Positions 47,593-59,534 of a DNA stretch of 64,000 nucleotides are shown here, piece by piece (the stretch's first letter is position 1; each line of letters starts with the position of its first letter). The notes beneath the pieces are model-generated. The model was not told where the DNA came from, searched no databases, and worked only from the letters and a program-made list of their open reading frames with translations. The stretch is from Macrostomum hystrix (lineage: Eukaryota; Animalia; Platyhelminthes). The stretch is taken from contig CATNEN010000001.1 of assembly GCA_950097015.1 (NCBI GenBank), positions 15,376,001 to 15,440,000 of the forward strand, given 5' to 3'. The translations under genes and the position numbers were made by a program.

Positions 47593-50364
47593 ATGGGCGG
47601 CTACGTAGTTTACATGGGCTCCGAGACTAGCGTCTACATCGGGGCAAATGGCGGCTCGGGCAAGAAAGGTCTTTTCCTGACGATGGAGATTCTCGTCCTG
47701 CTCGCGCTCGTCTTCCTGGACCCCGTGGTAGCATTGACGACGGTTCCGACAACGGTTCCGAGCACTCCAGGACCATCGACGGCGCCGCCGCTTGTGAAAG
47801 ACGTCCGACTGCCGGCTGGGGTCAAGCCCGTGCACTACAGCGTCACGCTGGCGCCCTACATCTACGGGACGAACGCATCGGCCTTCTACTTCACCGGCTC
47901 CGTCAGGGTGAGGCTCAGTGTCAACGAGAGCACCAACAACCTCAAGCTGCACGCAGACAGGATCAACCTGACGGTCCAAGATATATTTATCTACGATAAG
48001 AACTCCTATGAAAGATTCACCGTCTCGAGCGTAGTGTACGACGACAAGCGTCAGTGGTACAGCATCAACATGAGAGAGCCGCTGCCTGCGAACAGCTCAA
48101 GCGTCGTCCTGCAGATCGACAAGTTCCGAGGTCCACTTCGGTCCGATCTTCGAGGTCTCTATCTGAGCTCCTACACTGAGAACGGAGTTACAAAGTACCT
48201 CGCCACTTCTCAACTGCAGCCGACGGACGCCAGGAAGACGTTCCCGTGTTTCGATGAGCCAGGATTCAAAGCAAAGTTTGACATCAGCCTCGTCAGACTT
48301 GCGTCTTTCAAGTCCATCAGCAACATGCCGTCAAAGCAGGAAAGCAAAGTGGCTGCCAAGCAGTGGTTTAGCGAGATGGCCGACTCAGATCTTGTAGTTA
48401 AGGAGGACTTTGAGACTACTCCCATCATGTCTACTTACCTTCTGGCGTTCATTGTGTCTCAATTCGACTATGTAGACAGCAAGGACGACAAGGGTCGCGA
48501 ATATCGCAACTGGGTTCGACCCGAGTTCAAAGGTCTCACAAACTACTCGCTTGAGGCCGTCAAGAACATCACCCAGCACTTTGAGTCCTACTTCAACGTG
48601 TCATTCCCGCTGAATAAAACGGATCAGGCTGCAGTTCCCGACTTCATCGCAGGTGCGATGGAGAACTGGGGACTGATCATTTATCAAGAGAGTTTTTTAG
48701 TATATGATGAAACAAAAGACTCTAGCGCAATTTTACAAGAGATCGCCATCACTGTGAGCCACGAGCTCGCCCACATGTGGTTCGGAAATCTGGTCACTCC
48801 GGACTGGTGGGACGACATCTGGCTCAATGAGGGATTCGCCAGTTTTGTAGAAAACATCGGAGTGCACAATCTGCATCCCGACTGGGAGATCGATGCTCAA
48901 TTCGTGTCAAAAAAGCAGAGTGCGGCCTTCGATCTCGATTCAAAAGGCTCGAGCCATCCAATTTATCTTCAAGTTTATAATCCGAGTCAAATCAACGAGA
49001 TCTTCGACACCATCACCTACAAAAAGGGCGCCACCGTTCTCCGTATGCTTCACGGCTTCGTGGGTGACGAAGTGTTCCGAAAAGGAGTCGGAAAATACAT
49101 GTTGGACAACAGTTACGGCAACACATTCCACACTGCTCTCTATGACAGTCTGACTCGACAGTACAACGAAACGTGGGGCAGACCGCTCGACGTGGGTCAA
49201 GTGATGGACCGTTGGATCAAGCAGATGGGATATCCTGTGCTCAACTGCTCCAGGAGTGCAGGCCAGCTCACACTGACCCAGAACCACTTCCTCAGCGACC
49301 CCAGCCAGAAGCCCAGCTACGAGAGTGACTACAACTACACGTGGATCATCCCAGTCACCTTGGCCACCAAGGAGAATCTCACCTCGGGAACTCCGGAGGA
49401 TGTGTCACGATTCGTGGAATGGATGGCCGACAAGAGCCAGACGTTCGACTTGGACGCCGGCTCGAGTTGGTACCTGCTCAATCTGCGCTCGCTCGGCTTC
49501 TACAGAGTGAACTACGAGCCAGCGAACTGGGAAGCTCTCATCCAACAGCTGCTGTCGAACCACAGCGTGTTCACTCCGCAGGACAGAGCCCGTCTGCTCG
49601 ATGACAGCTTCTCTCTGGCCAGCGCAGGCTACCTGGACTACAGCGTTCCGCTCAACATGACCAAGTACTTGAAGAGCGAGACCCACTTGGTTCCGTGGCA
49701 GTCGGCTCTGTCGAAGATAAGCTACCTGCACTCGATGTTCCACCGACAGTCTCCGGAGTACGGTCCTCTGAGTGCCTACATGCGCGACCTGCTCGAAGGT
49801 GCTTTCAAGGACGTCGGACTCGACAATAAGGACAACGAGACGCACCTGACCCGACTGAAGCGAGAGCTCATCGTCTCATCGGCCTGCCTGTACGGTGTGC
49901 GAAGTTGCAAGGAGGCTGTAACGGAAAAGTTCAGGGAGTTCGTGAACTCAAATTTTACCAAGACCATCAGTCCTGACATCAGACACCGAGTTCTCTGTGA
50001 AGGAGTGGTCACATTTATGGACGTGTGGGACCGACTGTTTGAGTACAGCAAGACCGTGTCCCACCCCGGCATCAAAAACGACATTATCCGTAGCCTGGCC
50101 TGCATTCAGGAAAAGATCCCTGGCTCCTTCAATTTTTCGACATTTATTAACAACCTGGCCGACTTAAACATCGAGCAGAAGGTTTTGGAGATAGAGAGGT
50201 TCAAGGCGCAGCACAAGGACGACCTGGGCGCTGCGACGCGGGCCATGGACCTCGCCCTGGAGAACGTGCGCATCAACGTCAAGTGGATGGAGCGCAACCT
50301 TCTGGCTGTTCGCAGCTGGCTGGCCGATAATGTGAAACAGTTTGAAGAGGGGCGCACGATGTGA
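47593..50364 (+). CDS. Second aminopeptidase N-like paralog, intronless, 923 aa; shortened anchor/stalk and ~52-aa in-frame deletion in the C-terminal domain
   Basis: ATG at 47593 (MGGYVVY). GAMENWG, HELAH-x18-E and YKKGA are intact. Long stretches are near-identical to 25088-28066. Confidence 0.9.
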   Translation: MGGYVVYMGSETSVYIGANGGSGKKGLFLTMEILVLLALVFLDPVVALTTVPTTVPSTPGPSTAPPLVKDVRLPAGVKPVHYSVTLAPYIYGTNASAFYFTGSVRVRLSVNESTNNLKLHADRINLTVQDIFIYDKNSYERFTVSSVVYDDKRQWYSINMREPLPANSSSVVLQIDKFRGPLRSDLRGLYLSSYTENGVTKYLATSQLQPTDARKTFPCFDEPGFKAKFDISLVRLASFKSISNMPSKQESKVAAKQWFSEMADSDLVVKEDFETTPIMSTYLLAFIVSQFDYVDSKDDKGREYRNWVRPEFKGLTNYSLEAVKNITQHFESYFNVSFPLNKTDQAAVPDFIAGAMENWGLIIYQESFLVYDETKDSSAILQEIAITVSHELAHMWFGNLVTPDWWDDIWLNEGFASFVENIGVHNLHPDWEIDAQFVSKKQSAAFDLDSKGSSHPIYLQVYNPSQINEIFDTITYKKGATVLRMLHGFVGDEVFRKGVGKYMLDNSYGNTFHTALYDSLTRQYNETWGRPLDVGQVMDRWIKQMGYPVLNCSRSAGQLTLTQNHFLSDPSQKPSYESDYNYTWIIPVTLATKENLTSGTPEDVSRFVEWMADKSQTFDLDAGSSWYLLNLRSLGFYRVNYEPANWEALIQQLLSNHSVFTPQDRARLLDDSFSLASAGYLDYSVPLNMTKYLKSETHLVPWQSALSKISYLHSMFHRQSPEYGPLSAYMRDLLEGAFKDVGLDNKDNETHLTRLKRELIVSSACLYGVRSCKEAVTEKFREFVNSNFTKTISPDIRHRVLCEGVVTFMDVWDRLFEYSKTVSHPGIKNDIIRSLACIQEKIPGSFNFSTFINNLADLNIEQKVLEIERFKAQHKDDLGAATRAMDLALENVRINVKWMERNLLAVRSWLADNVKQFEEGRTM

Positions 50365-50876
50365 ACTTTGTGTGCGAGAACTGCGAGAAGAGTCCCGACG
50401 ACCAGTAATTATGATTTGCAATTATCGTGAAAACTGTTAAGGAACTGGGACAGAAGAAGAATCTGCTTCATTGTAGCTACGTGTTACGTGTAGAGCTACG
50501 TGTAGTTTTAATCCTTTTTTGCGTAGTTGAACCGTAGTCTGAACTGGGCTTCAGGTGCTGCATATTGAACGTGTGAAATTAATCACGTTAGGACTGCAAG
50601 GTCAATGTGGTTTTGTTGCCTCGAGGAAGTTTTGTTGCCTTAAATTTTAATTTCAAGGTTACTTCGTTAATTTTATTGGAATGTTAGATGGCTCATTTAT
50701 AATAAAAAAATTCGATTTATGTCCAGATATGCAGCGATTCTTGTCGAAGACCGTGGCGACAGGAACATTGCTCTGCATAAACCTTACTAAAATAGCCTAC
50801 ATGAGTTTCTTGATGATAATTTGCCCGTACCTACTTCGTATATTGGTGGCTTTCGCCACCCAGCAGAAACCTCTAC

Positions 50877-52160
50877 AAGAATCGTTCAACATCACGACGA
50901 TGCGGATGCTTTGTGATTCTGTCTGGCTTTTTCTGGATTTTTCTGACGAATGAAAAAATGAATAATGCGGATATTTGAAATTTCATTGTTAAGCATTGTT
51001 AAGCTGTTCATTGTTAAGCTCTAAATAAAGAATGGCGTCTGGGTTCCAATATTTCTGAGTAAATATTGCTGCAAGCTTTGGATTGCGAGCTAGCACAATG
51101 GTCCATCTTCTTGCAGGATAGAGTTAATTGCAACGCATCAATTGTCTCGATGCATTGCACTATAATAATAAAATCCTATGACAGGTTCATGGAGACAGAC
51201 TCGCACGCTAGCCGCCTGCCTCAGACCAATTTGCATGCCTCACCAATTATATTTAGCCATTTTTGCTCCTGTCGTGCTGTGGAGCCTCCAGAGACTGACA
51301 GAAAACGAAAAAAAGTCAGCTACTTGAAAAAGCAGAAACAAGTAACAAAATTCTCTTGTCGCTGGAAAGTAGTTTAATTAATTAATTAGTTCTACATTCT
51401 ACAACACTTTGATCCTTGTAGTACAGGGCGGCTAGTTTAAAGTATCTGCAGGATTGGCAGAATTTTATAAAACACACGCACACACACACACACACACACA
51501 CAAATTTGCCTTATCTTTCCTGCCTAGAGTTCCAATTACATCGCCGAAATTTCGGGCACCTAAAAACAATAACAGGCGACGGTTGCATCACACCAAAGGA
51601 GCTTGACGAGTGATGAAAGCACTGGGTCAGAATCTAACGGAGTGTCACTGAGCTGTCACTGCTCAACTACAAGTGAGTGTCACTGAGCACAATTGCTGCT
51701 GTTTGAACTAAATTTAAAACAAATTCTGTGCCTGTTAGACAGGAATCTGCTAATCTGTAAGACAGGAATCTGCTAATCTGTTAGACAGGAATCTGCTAAT
51801 CTGTGAGACAGGAATCTGCTAATCTGTCAGACAGGAATCTGCTAATCTGTCAGACAGGAATCTGCTAATCTGTTAGATAGGAATCTTCTAATCTGTTAGA
51901 CAGGAATCTGCTAATCTGTCAGACAGGAATCTGCTAATCTGTCAGACAGGAATCTGCTAATCTGTTAGATAGGAATCTTCTAATCTGTCAGACAGGAATC
52001 TGCTAATCTGTCAGACAGGAATCTTCTAATCTGTCAGACAGGAATCTGCTAATCTGTCAGACAGGAATCTTCTAATCTGTCAGACAGGAATCTGCTAATC
52101 TGTCAGACAGGAATCTGCTAATCTGTTCGACGGGAATCTGCTATCCTGTTAGACAAGAAC
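50877..52160 (+). pseudogene. Deleted patchwork duplicate of the ~8.1-17 kb region (GPCR 3' flank and tail, calmodulin-like upstream region, exon 2, 23-bp array)
   Basis: 50877-51125 ~ 8080-8325; 51130-51187 ~ 8435-8492; 51188-51220 ~ 8563-8595; 51222-51310 ~ 15960-16045; 51480-51730 ~ 16260-16490 (exon 2 frameshifted, exon 1 missing); 51735-52160 is the 23-bp array. Confidence 0.85.
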
Positions 52161-52320
52161 CAGTGTCATTGCTGTCAGTGTTTGGACTAAATTGCAGAAT
52201 CGACTTGCAGATTCTAAGCTTCCCATCCCAAGTACATCAGTTTCTAGGAGACTAAAGCTCCCCAGGCTTTTTATGCATGGAGAACTATGATTTCAATTAT
52301 TGTGCTAAAGAAGATGAGCT

Positions 52321-52546
52321 TGTAGAGGATCAGAACTCTAGCATATATTTGTGGGTAGCTCTTTAGCTTGCGAGCAGAAAGTTAAACAACAAAACTCGCG
52401 CGACAAGTGCCTTCATCTAAGTCGCAACTGTGCGTCAGACTAAGGACCATAGACGATAACTAAGTCAACAAGGGTTTGGGGAAACGATGGCGATCAAGTG
52501 GCCTGGCAAAGTACTGGCCGAAATCTTAGCTTTTAGGTCCGCTACA
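52321..52546 (-). repeat. 3' LTR
   Basis: Direct repeat of 56427-56652, adjacent to the PPT. Confidence 0.95.
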
Positions 52547-52567
52547 TCACCCTCCCCCAGCACGGCG

Positions 52568-55500
52568 CTACGATGAGAAGTGCGTCGGGCGACAACGACG
52601 GGGCGGCAGGAAACGGCGGTCCGCCGGTTCGCCTGTCACTAGGTGGGTCCTTGGCGGTCTGGCAAACGGGTGGTGCTCCGTAGTGGTCTCCATCCCCGGG
52701 TCAGGTAGAGGGTGCGTTGACGGAACGGACGAGCGGGTGGGTCGACCTCTGCGCCGGATGTCCGGCGGTGGGACGGGATCGGACGGGTCTAGGACCGCTG
52801 GCTTTAGCCGGTCCACGGAAACATGGTCCTGACTCGTGCCGAGATCGAGAAGGAAAGTCTTGGTGTAGCGCTGAAGGTCTCGGAAAGGTCCGGTGTATGG
52901 TTTCTGGAAAGGCGCGCGGTAGCCATCCCGGCGGATGAACACAAAGGTGCATGTAGCCAGGGCGCCCAACTCCGATGCCTGTCGGTTGCCATGTGGGACG
53001 GTCGGCTGAGGACGGAAAGCTTGAATGGCGGCGCGCAGGTTGGTGAGGAACGTGCTGTGCAGTGCTGTTGGTGGGCCAACCTGTATGCACTCGCCAGGCA
53101 AAAGCAACGGGGCGCCATACACCAACTCGGCCGACGACGAGTGAAGGTCCTCTTTGGGTGCCGTCCGGATGCCCAACAGGACCCACGGCAACTCGTCCGT
53201 CCAGTTCGGACTGGAGAGGCGTGCCATGAGTGACGCTTTGAGCTGGCGATGGAAACGCTCGACTAAACCGTTGGACTGCGGGTGAAACGCTGTGGTGTGA
53301 TGCACGTGCATGCCGAGCAGTTTGGAAACGGCGGTCCACAGTTCGGAGGTAAAATTCGGGCCCCTGTCGGTGGTGATGTCACTGGGGACTCCGAATCGAG
53401 CGATCCAGGTAGAAATGAAAACGGATGCACAGGCGCTGGCGGACGTGTCAGTGATGGGTATTGCCTCAGGCCAGCGCGTAAAACGGTCGACCATCGTCAG
53501 CAGGTGCGTGAACCCGTGGGACTGCGGCAGGGGACCAACAAGGTCGATGTGGACGTGGGCGAAACGGCTGGTCGGTACCGGGATTATGTCCGGCGTTGTC
53601 GTGTTATGCCGATGGACCTTGGCTTGTTGGCACGGAAGGCAACAGCGAGCCCACTGGCTCACGTCTCGGTTGAGACCTGGCCAGACGAATTTAGCTGCGA
53701 TGAGGCGACGAGTGCTGCGGATGGAGGGATGGGCTAATCCGTGGACCGCATCGAAAACGGCACGACGGAAACTCACTGGCACCAACGGGCGCGGGCGCCC
53801 GGTCGACATGTCACAAAGCAATTCCAAATCAGGATGCATGGTGACGAGCTCGAGCTTGAGACTGGGAGTCGCCGTCGGCATTACCAGCTGGTGCTGCTCT
53901 TTCGCCAATGCCGCATAGTCCACTCCTGGCAACAATGTGTGCACACTTGCTACTGTGCAACGGGATAGAGCGTCTGCAACTGAGTTGTCCTTACCGGCGA
54001 CGTGTCGAATGTCCGTGCTGAACTCCGACACTGACGCTAGATGCCGCTGTTGTCGTGCGGACCAAGGATCCGATAACTTGGACATCGCGGATGTCAGCGG
54101 CTTGTGATCCGTGTAGATTGTGAAAACGCGTCCTTCGGGGAAATAACGGAAATGCCGTGTGGCCAAATATAGCGCCAGTAACTCCCGGTCGAACGCACTG
54201 TATTTCTGTTCCGCGGGACGCAATTGTCGGCTGAAAAAGGCGAGTGGTTGCCACCCGCCAGCAATTCGCTGTTCCAAGACCGCGCCAACGGCCGTGTCCG
54301 AGGCGTCGACGGTCAGGGCCGTCTGCGCAGTGGGCCTAGGGTGTGCCAGAAAAGTGGACTGAGCTAGGGCCTGTTTGGTGGCGGTGAAAGCATCGAGTAG
54401 ACTCGTACTGGCAATGGCGGCGTAAATGGGGCGTAGCAACTGGGCGGCATGTGGAACAAATCGGTGGTAGAAGTTCACCATACCGGCGAATTCTTGCAAG
54501 CCTTTGATTGTGGTCGGAGGTGCAAACCTGACGACCGCATCGACCTTGTCTGGCAGAGGCCAGGCGCCGCTTTGATTGATTCTGTGGCCCAAGAAATCGA
54601 TCTCGGTACGTCCGAACTGGCATTTGGCCGGATTCAACAGCAGACCGTTGTCGACTAGTCGGCGGAACAAGGTGCGCAGGTGCTCCACGTGCTGCGTTTG
54701 GTCGCTGCTAGCCACTAGGAAATCGTCCAAGTAGGCGAAAACGAAAGGCAAATCCTGGCTGATAGAGTCCACGAGTCGCTGGAATGTCTGTGCAGCGTTC
54801 TTGAGTCCGAAAGGCATGCGGAGGAACTCAAAGAGTCCAAACGGTGTGATGATAGCCGTTTTAGGGATGTCAATTTCCGCCACTGGTATCTGGTGGTAGC
54901 CTCGGACAAGGTCAATCTTTGAGAAAATGGTACTGCCGGCCAGGTGCGCGGAAAAATCCTGAATGTTCGGTACCGGGTAACGATCGGGTACAGTGGCGCC
55001 ATTGAGCCGTCGGAAATCGCCGCAGGGACGCCAGCCTCCAGACGACTTCGGCACCATGTGGAGCGGTGATGACCAGGGGCTGTCGGACCGACGAATGATG
55101 CCGAGCTGTTCCAGGGTACGGAATTCCGCTTTAGCTATGGCCAACTTGTCGGGTGCTAGGCGGCGTGCGCGGGCATGGGTTTGGGGGCCTTGCGTCTGAA
55201 TGAAATGTTCGACGCCGTGGCGTGGTTGTGCCCGTTGAAAACTCGGCTCCGTGAGCGACGGAAACTCCGCCAGCAATGTACTGTACGGGTCGCGGGCGAC
55301 GGCGGCCGCCAGCCGAGGTGCTGTGCCGCAACCGAGGAGCAGATGTGTGCTGGCCAGTGAGTGGGAGTCCAGTAGGCGGCGGTTAGGTAAGTCGACCAAC
55401 AGTCCGTGGTGTAACAGGAAATCAGCGCCGATGAGGGGGCGCGACACTTCGGCAAGAATGAAAGGCCAGGTGCAGGTTCGAACGCCAAGGTCGAGAGTGA

Positions 55501-55722
55501 TGGTGCGACTGCCAAATGTACGGATCGGGCTGCTGTTGGCGGCGAGGAGCGGTGGTCCAGGGGTGATTGTACGCGCATCGACCCCGGATGCAGTAAAAAG
55601 ACTCACTTCTGCACCGGTATCCACTAGAAAACGCCGACCTGTGTGTATAAGCAAATAAGCAAAATATTGTTGTTCTCGCCGGTCGTCGAGGTGTTTATTG
55701 ACGACCGGCCTGGCCGTTTCCC
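52568..55722 (-). CDS. pol: Gypsy Pol (PR-RT-RH-IN), probably expressed by -1 frameshift
   Basis: PR LVDTGA; RT YLDD; RH VDASD...DRELLA...TDHKPL; IN HHCC and D-D35-E (HIDLVGP, TTDRG, GLVERF); GPF motif. Slippery G_GGA_AAC at 55722-55716 in the gag/pol overlap. Confidence 0.95.
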
Positions 55723-56390
55723 TGGAACTTGCAGGGTGGCTCGCAACGGCGGGCCTTGGCACCAAACTTGCGATGGAAGAAACACAAGTCCTGTTGCTCG
55801 TCAGAGGGTGGATGTCGGATGGGTCGACGTCTGTCGTCGCGGCGGTGTTGCGCAGCAGCGACTAAGGGCAGTTGTTCAGCCAGCTGGGCGGTGGCGATCA
55901 CCGGCTGGGGGCGGCAGGCCCACAGCTCGTCGGCACGTTGTGCGACCGCCCTTGGATCGGCGAAATCGGCGGACACCAGCGCCAATCGGATGTCGCTTGG
56001 AAGCTGTTGGCGGAACAACTCCTCAAACAGCAAGCAGGGCCGGTGGTCGCCGAGCAAAGCGAGCATTTCGTCCATGAGCTGGGACGGTTTCCTGTCGCCC
56101 AACCCCGACACGCTCAATAACTGGCTGGCACGCTGCTGTCGTGAAAGGCTGTAGGTGTTGAGAAGGCGGGCCTTTAGCTTTTCGTATTTCTGGGCATCGG
56201 GGGCGTTCTCGAGCACATCTAGGAGACGCTCTGCTGTTTGCTGGTCCAATGCCGCCACTAGATGGCAGTACTTAGTCGTATCTAGGGTGACGTTCCGGAG
56301 GCTAAACTGCGCCTCGGCTTGGATGAACCAGGCGCGTGGTTGTGAAGTCCAAAACGCTGGAAGCTTCACGGTGACAGCAGATTCGGTCAT
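55695..56390 (-). CDS. gag: Gypsy Gag
   Basis: VKLPAFW...[18 protein letters not shown] and a C-terminal [18 protein letters not shown] knuckle. Likely ATG at MTESAV. Confidence 0.9.
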   Translation of the reverse strand: MTESAVTVKLPAFWTSQPRAWFIQAEAQFSLRNVTLDTTKYCHLVAALDQQTAERLLDVLENAPDAQKYEKLKARLLNTYSLSRQQRASQLLSVSGLGDRKPSQLMDEMLALLGDHRPCLLFEELFRQQLPSDIRLALVSADFADPRAVAQRADELWACRPQPVIATAQLAEQLPLVAAAQHRRDDRRRPIRHPPSDEQQDLCFFHRKFGAKARRCEPPCKFQGNGQAGRQ

Positions 56391-56426
56391 CCTCAAGCAG
56401 TCGGTTGAGGACGTCGGGCTCATCAA

Positions 56427-56652
56427 TGTAGAGGATCAGAACTCTAGCATATATTTGTGGGTAGCTCTCTAGCTTGCGAGCAGAAAGTTAAACAACAAAA
56501 CTCGCGCGACAAGTGCCTTCATCTAAGTCGCAACTGTTCGTCAGACTAAGGACCATAGACGATAACTAAGTCAACAAGGGTTTGGGGAAACGATGGCGAT
56601 CAAGTGGCCTGGCAAAGTACTGGCCGAAATCTTCGCTTTTAGGTCCGCTACA
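56427..56652 (-). repeat. 5' LTR
   Basis: Direct repeat of 52321-52546, followed on the minus strand by the PBS and gag. Confidence 0.95.
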
Positions 56653-58029
56653 AGCTTGTGTTTTTGTGTTTGTGTTTTACTCTCTAAAATCCCGCCAACT
56701 TTCTCAGAAGCGTTATTGGATATCCACTTTTTTACCTAGTTCTATGGCATGAGTATCTATTGTACCCTTCTCGTTCATGTAAAACGTAATATTTCCACTG
56801 CTGTACGGGTTCAACCAGTTGACCATGTAAAAACTGTCTATGAAACAGCGCTTGAGTGGAGATTGCTGCTCAGAAGCTTTATCTTCTCAATATTCATCTC
56901 AATAATATTCTCAAAATTATTCTCAAAGTCTTCTCAATCTTCTCAATATTAACATTACGTTGTGGGCGGAACGTTGCCGCCAGTCATGTTTGTCCAGGTC
57001 CAGGTCCAAAGGTCCGAAATTCTAAAGTTATATTTTTTGCTATATTATGTATCGCGAATTATGCAATTATGTATTTATGAACGGCAAAACTATGTATCTA
57101 GGGGCTTGCTTTGGCTTCCGACCTAAGTCATCAGGCAGTTACTCTGAGGGATGACTCAGCGCTCACACACCCACCCAACTCCACTTTTGGTATACAAGTC
57201 GGGACTTTCAATTGTTTTTAAGCAATGACTAAGTTTACTACCTTACTGTCTCACTTACGCCATGTATATTAGCGAAGGATACAAAGTGCAAGTGCACGAT
57301 TTCAACGCAATCTGGTAGTTTCACTGGCATGCTCACTTGTCCTCATAACTTGTAACTCATCCGGCAGCGTCAGCCTCAAAGCTGGGGTTCTCCTGACTTC
57401 AATTTAAATGTGCAACAGTGGACAAAATCCACTGTTGAGAGGTCAAGTCAGCGTGAGGAAAGAGACCAAAGGGGTTATGCTAGGCTTCGAAAAGTTCATT
57501 AAAGTCAAGGTTGACTGATCTGGTTGACGCGGCTGGTTCAGGACTGTTGTGACGACTTAGTGAAGAAGCCCAATGGGAAGAAGGCAGGGAAGGAGGGGAG
57601 GAGGATCAGTGAAAGAAAGGATGTGGTTCTATTGGTCCCAGAGTAGCCAGTCCGACTCGTAGCCACGAGCATGCCTAGTTTTTGTGCCTAGCCCAAGCAG
57701 TGCTCGAACTCGACGATGAATTCTAGTTAAGGAGAAACTAGATGTACCCATAATCGGCAAAAGCAAGGTAAAACTGCATACTATCGTAAGAAGCGTAGTT
57801 GACTCCGGGCTTTGGCAGCAGTGGATGGAACAGTCCAGCCTCCTATCCGATAATTGCGGAAAGGCTATGAGGCGAAGCGGTGGTTGCGCCACCACTCAGT
57901 GCGCCTGCGTTGCCGCAGACATTTGGAGACGTGGCTACCCGGAGTTTACCGCTCCAAGTTTAGTACTCAGTTCCTGACAAGGCTTAATCGATTCTTAATA
58001 AGTCTCAAAGTCTGAGGTCTTGAGTCTAA

Positions 58030-58560
58030 AGTCTTAAGCCATAGTGCAATAGTCTTAATCTACGAGATTTGCAGTCTTAATCTATTTGCAGTCTTATTCT
58101 ATTTGCAGTCTTAATCTATTTGCAGTCTTAATCTATTTGCAGTCTTAATCTATTTGCAGTCTTAATCTATTTGCAGTCTTAATCTATTTGCAGTCTGTAT
58201 CTATTTGCAGTCTTAATCTATTTGCAGTCTTAATCTATTTGCAGTCTTAATCTATTTGCAGTCTTAATCTATTTGCAGTCTGTATCTATTTGCAGTCTTA
58301 ATCTATTTGCAGTCTTAATCTATCTGCAGTCTTAATCTATTTGCAGTCTTAATCTATTTGCAGTCTTAATCTATCTGCAGTCTTAATCTATTTGCAGTCT
58401 TAATCTATTTGCAGTCTGTATCTATTTGCAGTCTTAATCTATTTGCAGTCTTAATCTATCTGCAGTCTTAATCTATTTGCAGTCTTAATCTATTTGCAGT
58501 CTTAATCTATTTGCAGCCTTAATCTATTTGCAGTCTTAATCTATTTGCAGTCTTAATCTA
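58030..58560. repeat. 17-bp minisatellite (CTATTTGCAGTCTTAAT), continuing at 59540-59645 after the mariner
   Basis: Period of 17, ~30 units left of the transposon. Confidence 0.95.
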
Positions 58561-58568
58561 CCCATCTA

Positions 58569-59534
58569 CCCGGGTGGCCCATGCGTTTAAGGACAACCTT
58601 AAAAATAAAAGAAAACAAAGCCAGCGGTAGCTAGAGCATAATAGTTTTGGTCATAGACAAAATAGTATCTATATAGTCTGTAGCTGCCGCGAAAATTTTC
58701 GGCAACTTAGCATTAGCCATGAATCGCGCTAAACGTTTGATGGTGGTAGACCAGCTCGCGCGGGGGGTATAAGCCCAGCACAGATAGCAGAGAACCTCAA
58801 TGTTGCAAGGTCGTTTGTTTACGCCGTCAAGAGCGACATTGAAGAAGTTGGAGCTGCTGCGGCAGTTGAAAGGAGACTCCAGCTCTGCTGCGGAGGAACA
58901 CCGCTTCATGCCTCGCCAGCAACATGCCAAAGGTGCCATGTTTCTCGGTGTCGTGGCTTCGGACGGCAGGGTGGCTCCCCCGATCTGGAGTGAAAATCAA
59001 CTCAGCCGAGTACATCCGCATGCTGCAGGATCATGTACTGCCATGGATTCGACACAACTTTGCCCCAGGTACGTTTGTTTTTCAGCAGGACGGCGCTCCT
59101 GCCCACACGGCTGTCGCTACTCAAGAATTTCTTCGCCGGGAGCTCGGCGAGGACTTCTGGGATGCGACCACTTGGCCACCATCGAGTCCAGACTGTTCCC
59201 CTCTCGATTACTTTGTGTGGAACAACGTGGCCCGCGTTGCATGTTTAACAAATTATGCTACCGTGGAGACTCTCCAAGTTGCTGTTAGTGCTGCCTGGTC
59301 AGCTCAGGGCCCTGCCGTCATCAGAGGTGCCTGTACCAAGTTTCGGTCTCGAATTGAAGCCGTGTATGCAGCGGAGGGGGGCTACATTGAGTAAATGTTA
59401 TTTTTAGTTGCCATCTAGACATTATGGCGGTCAGTTAAAATGTTAAAGTTTTCGTTTGTTGGTTGTTTTTATATTAAAAATGTATATACATTTGATCATT
59501 TTTAAGTTGTCCTTAAACGCATGGGCCACCCGGG
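58569..59534 (+). mobile_element. Internally deleted Tc1/mariner-superfamily transposon (maT/DD37D-like; D-x38-D here), 966 bp
   Basis: TIR CCCGGGTGGCCCATGCGTTTAAGGACAAC(C)TTAAAAAT at both ends, TA on both sides. Broken transposase at 58719-59394 with FQQDGAPAH and WPPSSPDCSPLDY. The first catalytic Asp region is missing. Confidence 0.93.

Larger units (their letters stand above)
52321..56652 (-). mobile_element. Full-length Ty3/gypsy LTR retrotransposon, 4332 bp
   Basis: 226-bp LTRs TGTA...TACA (52321-52546, 56427-56652) with 3 differences seen. AGCT target-site duplication. PPT GGGGGAGGGTGA next to the 3' LTR. PBS TGATGAGCCCGACGT resembles tRNA-Trp. Encodes gag and pol. Confidence 0.97.
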
